A DNA stretch of 56,999 nt, the filler included, from Dirinaria sp. TL-2023a (Eukaryota): assembly GCA_051941275.1 (NCBI GenBank). It is 6 parts of 6 records of this genome, joined end to end, with 100 filler letters (N's around TTAATTAATTAA, not from the genome) between each part and the next. Parts side by side here need not be neighbours in the genome. Positions count along the whole stretch, not along the records: positions 47,598 to 56,999 come from JAVEBF010001061.1; 5 more parts are not named here. One strand, given 5' to 3'. Every line of letters starts with the position of its first letter. Within the stretch, counting starts at the first letter, position 1. The notes under the pieces are model-generated. The model saw only the letters and a list, made by a program, of their open reading frames with translations. It did no database searches and was not told the DNA's origin. Both the position numbers and the translations under genes were made by a program. This document shows positions 47,598 through 56,999 of this stretch, piece by piece.

Positions 47598-48149
47598 GGC
47601 GGGGCCTCATATTCAAGGCTGATGTAGGTACCAACTCAGAAATTTCGCCAGGCAGTAAGGCCGGAATATACCCACCTTAATATCGGGTTCTCCTAAAGGT
47701 ACCTTCCCCAAATCCGCCAACCTGATTCACTTCCAAATAGTCCCGTTACAGGATACACATACATACCATCATCATGAAAGAGGGGGGGCAACAATCTGAT
47801 ATGTCATATGCTGATCATAGAAGTTTAGGTTCATAAAGTATTAATTGGAATAATGTTGGAAGATGATTTGGGTTTGTGGGTTGCGATTTCTGGGGAATGG
47901 GGGTTGGGTAGCCTCGTGATACCTTAGAGAGGAAGAAGGGAGGTTTTGGGGAGTTTTTTGTGTTGAGATATTGGAGTGGGTGAGTTGTTATTGTCGTTGG
48001 ATTTTATTAATTATGAGAGGAGAGCGGGTACTCGTACGACGGGAGGGTGGGATTAGGATGGATACTGTATGGAAGCTGTTTGGAGGTGGAGTGGCTGGGA
48101 GCGATGCGTTGGCGTGGAATTATTGATTGCTACCTTAATACTACCCAAG

Positions 48150-49138
48150 TCATCCTACCCTTCTCCCCCAAATTTCATGCACAACGGTTTCTGCCGGTTC
48201 AGTTTCTGCCTCTGCAGGTTCTTCGAATGCATCGTTTCCCCACTTGTTTGCCAATTTGCCCTTCTTTGACCACTGGTCATATCTTTGACCGAACGACCAA
48301 GCAGGGAACGCATGATCTTCGACATGGGCTTTCCTTGTAAATGGCCACTCGACCATGACCTCCGTATCTGGCAAGCTTTCTCGCACATTGGGCAAGAACA
48401 AATCTTTGGCGAATTCCGTAGGGAGATTTTCTTTCCTGTCAATCCAGGGGCGAATTGCTTCTGTTCGCTGGAATTTTCTCATCTGCTCCCGAAAATAATC
48501 CCGAAATGGTCCTCTAGGCCCACTATGATCGTAAATGTACTCGCTGACGTCAAGGAAAGATCCGAGCGGTAGCGGTGTAAGCATTTGCATCTTTTGAACC
48601 GCCAATTCTTGCAGACCGGGAAGAGCATAGTAGTCGGCCATGCAGTATATATCTGCTTCGCGTCGCATCTGAGTCGCTCTGACGTCCTTATCATCTGATC
48701 TAGACCCGGAGAATTCACTCCTTTTCATAGGCCAATAGTCGCCTCGATACATATACTCCAGCACTGATGCGAAGATCTCAGGGTCGGAATCCTTGAGACT
48801 TATGATTTTGCTGTGCCCTTCTTCGAAGCCGCCGCTACACTGTGCGCTGAGGACCTTTGAGCGCGAAAGCGTATCACAATGGGCAGTGAAGACCTCCTCT
48901 GCGGGCCCCACAATGATTTTGTAGATTTGGGATTGGAACTCGCTTTGGAGACGAGTGGATCAGCGAGAGCCTTTCGGTCTGGAGGCCAATGTGGGACGGC
49001 CAGTCCTTCTTACCGATGTCGCGGATTTTCCAAGGCCAAACTCAAATCATTTGCAGCTGTTGTGCTTTTGGAAGATGCTGGACCTTGCGGCTCGGCAGAA
49101 TCTCGACCAGGCGATTGAGACTTGCCGAGGGGTTCCAT
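48150..49138 (-). CDS. BTB/POZ domain protein
   Basis: Exon 1 49138-49014, intron 49013-48943, then YKIIVGPAEEVFTAH...ISLKDSDPEIFASVLEYMYRGDY...IYCMADYYALPGLQELA. Confidence 0.85.
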
Positions 49139-50251
49139 CTTTCGAATGATTATTTCACCATGCTCATGAGAAAATGATATGGCGAAGGTTATAGAGAGTG
49201 TAAGAAGGTTGCAGTGTGAGACACTGACAGCTCAGCATTGTGGGGTTACACGACGCAGGGTGCTTCAGGTGGAAATGTGCCGAGCCAAGAGCGAATGATA
49301 GAGGTCAGAAAGTGGAAACGGGACAAGGAAAATATTATTCCGACCTAATACTCGAGATGGAGTATGACAAATAGAAGGAATCGAAATCGTCATGAAACGT
49401 GCCATTTGGTGGCTTCCAAGCTTTGCTGGGGATACACGAGATTCATTCAATCCATTACAGAGTTCCACCATAAGCTTGCGTAATTGGCTTCCTGTTTGCA
49501 TCACCCCCTTCAGATCATATATCTTGGCTTCGAAGATGCATACACCAGATGAGATTCCGTATGTGGCATCTGTAGCAGTCAATTGATCTCCTCATCCGAG
49601 GAGCATGGCGTAGGGTGGCTCTTCAGTTCTCTGCGAATTGCGCTTGCGATCGATGAGTACCTCCGCCATCGGCGAAGCTAACAACAAGCCTCAATTGATC
49701 AATCATACTTCATCCAATCTTTCCTATGAGACCGATCGCGAAGCCAGCACCATTTTCCCCTAAATGCATACATTCGAAGGTAACCCTCCCTTCTTACGAC
49801 GTCCTAGGCCAGCTATTCGCTTCATCTTTCCCATGAATGGAGGCAATCGACTGTGTGTGCCTCGTAGTGCGGCATGTACAGCAGCTGCGGTATTCAGCAC
49901 TTCAGCTTTCATCGTGGCTGAGCGAATGATTGGAAACATCGAAACTCTGAAACATCAAAGCATTTTCTCTTACTACGGCACTAGTGCAGATCGGTGGCAA
50001 ATTAAGCTCCGCCTCCGCTCGGATGAATAATAATGAACTAAGGTAGTAAGAAATAATGTAAGTACGGAGTACAGTAAGAGCCTGGAATCTGCCTGAGGCT
50101 GAATAAAATAATCGCTCACATCATCGCCTCCTTTTCCTTTATCAATTGGTCAATCCTTGAAATATCGCCCTCCAATTCTCCTCCCCCTCCTCCGCATACT
50201 CTACCCTCTGCATCCTTTCCGTCGTTGATCAGCAACTGTGGGCCTACAGTC

Positions 50252-51539
50252 ATGCCGGGTCGAACCTTACCTACAATACTCTCCAGTGATGTCGCATCAA
50301 GAACCACTGCAGCGTCCTGTTATGTCACTCGCGGTACGAAAGTTTACGATGTCACACCCTTCCTTGAAGACCATCCCGGCGGAGGTGATTTGATTCTGGA
50401 ATACGCCGGCAAAGACGTTTCCCAAATCATGGATGACGAGCTAGCACACAGCCATTCTGACTCCGCATATGAAACGCTCGACAAGTACTTGATAGGCTTT
50501 GTTGCTACCGATCCTGTTTTGAAGACTGTCATGAAAAGCCAGCAGCCTAGCAATATTGTTCCTCTACCTCCGAATGAAACTGGGATGCAAGAGCTTGAAG
50601 AGAACGGGTGCGCGGAGGAAGTTTCGCCGAAACTTGTGTACGCAGCTACCGGCATGTCTTGCGAAGCGGATCTGTCAATACCAACAGATCACAGAAAGGA
50701 CTATCGTACACACAATTTCTTGGATCTGGACAAGCCATTGTTAAAGCAAGTATGGTACGGAGGGTTCAGCAGAGAATTCTATCTGGAACAGGTTCATCGG
50801 CCACGGCACTACAAACATGGGGGTTCGGCGCCTCTTTTTGGCAACTGTCTAGAGTATTTGACCAAAACCCCATGGTACGTAGTACCAATGATCTGGTTGC
50901 CCTGCGTTGCCTACGGCACTTTCCTCGCATACCGCCAACTACCATTGTCCCAAACTGTCGCGTACTGGTTGACAGGATTGGCATTATGGACGCTGGTGGA
51001 ATATACCTTACACAGAGGATTGTTCCATGTGGATAAGTACGTCCATTGCTCGGTCAAATACCATCCGTTTGCTGACACCGAAAATCAGATATCTTCCAGA
51101 CAACCGCGTGGGAATTACGGCACACTTCCTCCTTCATGGTATCCACCATTACATGCCTATGGACAGACTGCGACTAGTCATGCCACCGACGTTGTTTATC
51201 GTACTCGCAACACCGTTCTACAGGCTTGCGCATTTCGTCTTCTACTGGGATTGGTACGTCGCAATAGCAGTATTCTGTGGTGGCATCTTCGGCTATATTT
51301 GCTACGACGTAACGCACTACTCTCTACACCACAAGAAGTAAGCCGCTACAGGTCATAAGAATGTCAGTCTTGCTCACAATGCATCCAGGCTACCTTCGTA
51401 CTACCAAATCCTGAGACGATACCACATGGATCACCACTACAAGGACTACGAGAATGGGTTTGGCGTGACAAGTCGTTTCTGGGATCGTGTATTTGGCACG
51501 GAACTTGGCCCCCCACCAAAAGCAGCCAAAGCAGCATGA
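50252..51539 (+). CDS. SCS7: Sphingolipid fatty acid alpha-hydroxylase with cytochrome b5 domain
   Basis: VYDVTPFLEDHPGG (b5), His boxes HRGLFH, HGIHH, HYSLHH, HMDHH; introns 51037-51089 and 51338-51388. Confidence 0.95.
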
Positions 51540-52070
51540 TGGTACTATTACGTTTCGATGTTGCATTTTACCGGCGCTGCATTGGCGAATTGCCGGCGTA
51601 AAGTTCCCTCGATGGATTACGGATCATTTGGGTGGAGACATGTCCAATGGGCGGGTGTTGCTTGATGCTGAAGAGCACAATTGTTCTCGTAGTGGCCTTA
51701 TCCTTACTTTATCTGTTAATAAAAAGTTGTTCGAGGTGAATTACAGATTATCAAGATGTCACGTGCAAAAGCTTTTGCTCAAATGGTACTAGCGGGCACA
51801 GTAAATTAGGCATTTAACTACCTACGGAGCGTTTTCACACAAAAGAAACAACCTATCTTCCTCACTTCGGTTCTGGTTGGTAAATCCAGAACATCCGTTA
51901 ATTCAAGAGATGATTCACAGCTCCTGCCCATCATCTCTTCTGGAACACGAATCTTAAAGGGTTTGCCTGATATTACTCCCACCCAGACCAGTCTGACCAG
52001 CTCCAAGTGAAAATTCTCCATCCTTACCGTGGACCAGCCTATAAGTCCCTTCTTCACGACTTATCCCGAG

Positions 52071-54024
52071 ATGTCAGGCCTTGACGTCGAAGCGCTTTTA
52101 GATTCCACGGCCAACGCTGCCTCTTCCGATGCCAAAGACTCTCGCTCGGCAGATCGTGACAGCCGACATCGAGGCGACCGAGGAGATCGTCGAGACCGAG
52201 ATCGCGATCGTCGACGAGATGGCAGCCGAGACCGTGACCGAGATAGAAGACGGCGAGACAGAAGTCGCGATCGGACTCGTGGATACAAAGATGCTGATGG
52301 AGACGAAGTAATGAAGAGCCCGCGAAACGAGCGCGGCAGCGGTCCGGATAGCTATCGCTCGAGACGTAGGAGCCGTAGCAGGGACAGCGACAGACGCCAC
52401 TCACGTCGTCACAGGGATTCCATAGACCCAGATGATGCATTTCGTGCTTCAGGCGGAGACTACTATCGCGGCAACGGTCGCCCTCGCACACGATCGAGAT
52501 CCCCTATTGATGACAGGCATTACAGACCTTCCGGTCGAGAGCGACGCGATGACGACGAGCGCGTTAGGGACCGTAGCCCACGACGCGATCGTAACGGTGG
52601 CCGTAAGAGGACTCCCAGCCCCAAGCCTGTCAAAGCCAAATCACCGACACCTCAGCCGACCGAGGATGAGCGTGACAGGAGGACTGTCTTTGTGCAACAG
52701 CTTGCCGCTCGATTGAGGACAAAAGAGTTGATCGCATTTTTTGAAAAAGTCGGTCCAGTTAAAGAGGCACAGATTGTGAAGGACAGGGTCAGTGGGAGGT
52801 CCAAAGGGTAAGCACTCACCACCGGTGTGTATGTTCTCTTGGCTGACCAGTATCAGAGTCGGCTATGTCGAATTTAAGCAGGAAGAATCTGTTCCACAGG
52901 CTATTCAACTTACTGGCCAGAAGCTTTTAGGGATTCCCATCATCGCCCAACTCACCGAAGCCGAGAAGAATCGCCAAGCCCGCAATCCAGAGGCTTCCAG
53001 CAGCAATCCAAACCAGGTCCCTTTTCATAGGCTCTATGTGGGCAATATCCATTTCAGCATTACTGAAAGCGACTTGCAGAACGTGTTCGAGCCTTTCGGC
53101 GAACTTGAATTTGTGCAACTACAGAAGGAGGAACAAGGACGTAGTCGAGGCTATGGATTCGTCCAGTAAGTGGCTTCTGCTTCCACGTTCTTGTGTTTAC
53201 TGACCTTCGGGATTCAGATTCCGTGACCCAAATCAGGCTCGAGAAGCGCTTGAGAAGATGAATGGGTTTGATCTCGCTGGGCGCCCGATTAGGGTGGGCC
53301 TCGGTAACGATAAGTTCACCCCTGAATCTACCGCGAACCTACTGCAGCGGTTCCAAGGACAAGAGCACCAACGCAACTACCAGGGATCTGCTTTCTCTGG
53401 CCATGGTGGCCGTGGCTCCCAAGCTGGTGGTGGGGGTGGCGCATTCGACCGCGCAGGCGGGCGTGACAATGAGAAGGGAGGCGGAGGAGCCAGCGCTCTC
53501 GACGATACTGATGTCGCTGGGGTGAACTTCAACAACTACAGCAGAGATGCTCTGATGAGAAAGCTTGCGAGGACCGACGAACCTGCTGCTGACACTGGCG
53601 CTAACGAGCAACGTAAGGTTGCTAGGCCCAAGACCGAGAACAAGCCGTTGCCCGTTACGGTCAACCAAGCTAGCCGATGTGTGAAGCTTGAGAACATGTT
53701 CAATCCCCTCGAGTAAGCCACTCAAGATTCCTCTCCCTTAAACCACGTGCTAATTCATACACCAGGGAAGAAGGCGAATCTTGGGTCAAAGAACTCGAGG
53801 ACGACGTTCGAGCTGAGTGCAACGAGAAATATGGACGAGTAGTTCACATTTCTGTAGACCCCAACACCCAAGGCGACATCTATCTCAAATTCGACCGAGT
53901 CCAAGGTGGCGAGAATGCCATCAAGGGCCTCAATGGCAGGTTCTTTGGCGGACGGCAAATCAGCGCTCAGCCTGTCGTTGATGCTGTTTACAGTTCCCTC
54001 TTCTCACGGACCTCTGCGCTATAG
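52071..54024 (+). CDS. pad-1: RBM39/CAPER-type splicing factor (Pad-1/Rsd1)
   Basis: RD/RS-rich N-terminus, RRM1 (RTVFVQQL...RSKGVGYVEF), RRM2 (RLYVGNIH...RGYGFVQF), C-terminal UHM-like RRM (LNGRFFGGR); introns 52808-52857, 53167-53217, 53713-53765. Confidence 0.93.
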
Positions 54025-54649
54025 TCTGGGATCACTGCCACTTCAAGATCTCCATATTTGGCAAATCTTTCTACTCTGCTAACTCGGTGGTTGAGGCCAG
54101 GATACATTGCTCTGTTAACCTCGCTTCACAGTACCACTTTCCTGCACAGCTACACGAGCTCAAGCAGATATGGCCTACGGTGTCATGGTACTTCTCCATC
54201 CCGGCATTGCACTGTTTGCTGAAGCGGGTGCGGCAAGCTGACATTGATCATCAGTGTAAGCTGCAATGGCAAGCAAATTACTCTCATGCATGCGAGACAG
54301 CATAGATAGATAGTAAGGTAGGATGTTTGCTGTGACCTCACATTCTAATAATTCTTCCAAGTCCTTCCGTGGGCCAATAATTCTACAGTGAGTGGTGCTC
54401 TTTGCAGATATCCATGCAAATCATATGTACCCCTCGAACCTGCATTGCCGATGGAGTCATCTCTTGATCGTATTGCTGCAGCATCAGATTTTGACGATGT
54501 TTGAGCCTTCCATCATCACCACAAGAGCAAACCAGTCCCTGTCTGGCTCATTCCCTAGAGAGTTGAGATGTTACATCTCGCGTTGAATTCCGTAGTTCGA
54601 CCAATGTTCCCATCAAATTCCTCCTGACCACTAATGTTTGTAGACCATT

Positions 54650-55200
54650 CCTTTGCTATGATGACAGGTGTATTCTCCTCTGCCGTTCGGGAAATGCCCA
54701 TTCACTTCCACAGTGCCTCCAGATTAGATCAAGCTAATATAAAGAGCCCCGTTCCCTTGGCGATGTTTAGCACCTTCACCGGCATTCTCATGTACCTTCT
54801 ACATCAAGCTTCCTCCCATCTTCTTGAACATCTTCAACTCACCTTATCACACAGTGTTCTAAACAGCCATGGATGCAGTCGGACCGTCTTGGCATCAATC
54901 ACAGCAGGCGTCACATACTTCCTGCAGCTTCACCAGCTCACGATGAAGCATGTGATGCAATACTATATATCCTGTTCCTGCGTGTTCACACATTTAGCTG
55001 CAGGACATAGTAACGTTGTCCCTAATTTAAACTCACATGTTGGTAAGTCCTCCACCTTTCCTATACCTTCATACCTGTCCAGCTTCTGGAGCTTTTCAAT
55101 CAGTTCAGCTTTCTTCGCACCTTTTCTCTTTGTTGCTACTCTTTGTGCCTCTTGCATACTGCTGCTCTCTGCCTCCACATAATTGCCATCCTTTGCAGAG
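54650..55200 (-). pseudogene. Probable decayed gene with SAP-like and F-box-like N-terminal motifs
   Basis: KGAKKAELIEKLQKLD followed by EDLPT ... RNRIY in shifted frames, with many stops downstream. Confidence 0.3.
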
Positions 55201-55444
55201 GAGCTTCCCAGTCACTTCAAATCCTTTCTCACCGTTGCTATCTACTTTTACTCTTCGCACCTCGTGCTCACTTCTGCTTTCCGCCTCTGACCTGCTTCCC
55301 TCTGCATCGTAACTTTCCAGTTACCGCCTTTTCCCCAGGCAATTACTTCATTACAATAATCAGTAAGATATCTTCGTCACCTTATTAGAATAAACACTTC
55401 ACCTCTCCTTCAAAGCTAACGCTTGGCATTCTAGTCATCACAAC

Positions 55445-56098
55445 ATGCATCGCTCACAATTTGGAAGCAATATGAGGAGCGGCATGCAGCCACAGGTAAG
55501 TCTTGATCATCTGACTATCATTCGTGCTGTATCGCTAAAAGTTTTCAGAGGGCTGGCAACCAACCGAATGAGGCCTACGTCTCAGAGAACCAGCGCCTCC
55601 GGTAAGTTCATGGAATCTTATCAGTTTCCAATTCTGATACTTTTTCTCTAATTCAATTATAGTGTCCAGCGAGACGCGGCTCGAAGGACAGTCCTGGAGC
55701 GGGACGCAGAATTGGGCTCCACGAAAGCTGAGGTGGAGCGATTAAGGACGCAGGTGACGGACCTGCAGCAACTGGTAGAACGGCAGAAGCGGACCATCAA
55801 GGTCCAAAGCGACAAGATCAGAGCGCCGGCCGAGACGAATTTCTGTCGGCCCCAAGCTGGGGACCCATCCCCTCCTAAGTCGCTCAGTCATGGTACCTGT
55901 CAGCGACGATCAGCGAGCGGCTACCAGCCCTCCCTGTCTCGGGCCAATTCTAATCTGCTAACAACTCCGCCTCGCCAGACCGGCTCTGCGTTCGGGAATA
56001 ACGCTCCACAAGCGGCCTACAGTAATCCTTCCTCGACGCCGTGGGATTCAACTCCAATGTCAAGACGTAATTCTGTTCAACCTGCCACCTCCACCCCA

Positions 56099-56131
<33 letters not shown>

Positions 56132-56987
56132 CCTCTCCTCCTCCCTGCTCCGGTGCTACCTGCCCCAACAGCCGGCGCCCTCGCTGTCCTAGACGAATCC
56201 TCAGAAAGCATTGTCTCATGGGCGAACGAATTCACAAATTTCTTCTCTCTCACCGAATCCTGGGCGCGGAACTACTGCAACGTGCCAGACGCCGCCCTCG
56301 ACACCCTCATTCCCAATCAAACCATCCGTCTCCTAAAAGATTACTCCACGCCCGCTCTCGCCACCCCACTCCTCAGCTCTTCTTCAACGCGCTACTTCCT
56401 CGTCTCCTCCCTCATGAACCGGTGGGTCACATCGGACATCTTCAGGTTCCACATCCTCCGCGGCTTCTCCGCAACCTACGACACCAAATTCCGCGAAATG
56501 CGCAACCGCCTCGATCTAGAAATGGACATCCCTGCGCCGCGCGCTCTCCCAAGCAATCGCAGACGACGTCCGGGATCTGCGCTCCGAGCCCCGCTTCCAA
56601 AGCTGGGTGGCCTCCGTCTCCGAAGACCGCCTCCGCCGCTTCTGGCACGCGCTGCGGCCGTTCCTGGCTTCCAGCGCCGTGCAGGCGGAGGCGTATGCCG
56701 AGCTGGCGGCGCTGGTTGCGGAGGCGCTTCGAATCGGGGTTCTGATGGTCGCCGAACCGAACCATTACCGGTTCGAGTACCCGACTGCCATGCCGGCCAC
56801 GTGGTTCAATGCGCAGTGCATGGTCAATCGCGATCCGGGGGTTAAGGAGGATCCAGCGACGATCCAGAGACGGGGCAGGAAGTTGAGGTTGGCGGTTACT
56901 CCCGTGGTGACGTTGACGGGGTTTATGGAGGAAGGGGTTACGCCGCGCAAGATAGCTTATGCGGGCGTGTTGTTGGAGGCGAGGTAG
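55445..56987 (+). CDS. Hypothetical protein (coiled coil, polyQ, helical C-domain) with an apparent frameshift at about 56537
   Basis: Two 5' introns join MHRSQFGSNMRSGMQPQ|RAGNQPNEAYVSENQRL|RVQRDAARR to ORF 55712. Protein-like sequence continues in the 56607-56987 frame (RALSQAIADDVRDLRSEPRFQSWVASV). CAG tract at about 56101-56128. Confidence 0.65.
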
Positions 56988-56999
56988 TTGGGAGGGAGG

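Overview
Eukaryotic DNA from a filamentous ascomycete (Pezizomycotina-type genes, short GT-AG introns with CTRAC/CTAAY branch sites). It is not one locus. Six contigs (1-9430, 9531-18955, 19056-28475, 28576-37993, 38094-47497, 47598-56999; lengths 9430, 9425, 9420, 9418, 9404, 9402) are joined by artificial 100-nt N/TTAATTAATTAA spacers in descending size order, so gene adjacency only means something within a contig. Recognisable genes: double-CFEM GPI protein, catalase, 5' part of urate oxidase with a perfect UaY-type site, Rictor/Ste20, GPR89/GPHR, a divergent ubiquitin-specific protease, a Mid2-like surface protein, a stop-interrupted UbiA prenyltransferase divergent from an FAD oxidoreductase that has a stop after its signal peptide, bestrophin, Bud22, tRNA-Phe, GH47 mannosidase, GST, BTB protein, Scs7 and an RBM39/Pad-1 splicing factor. 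The most unusual items are an unexplained, highly structured Pol III-like RNA unit (about 26829-27034) containing a telomere-template 10-mer, and the prenyltransferase/oxidoreductase pair disrupted only by in-frame TAG/TAA codons. All calls are from manual reading; no searches were run.
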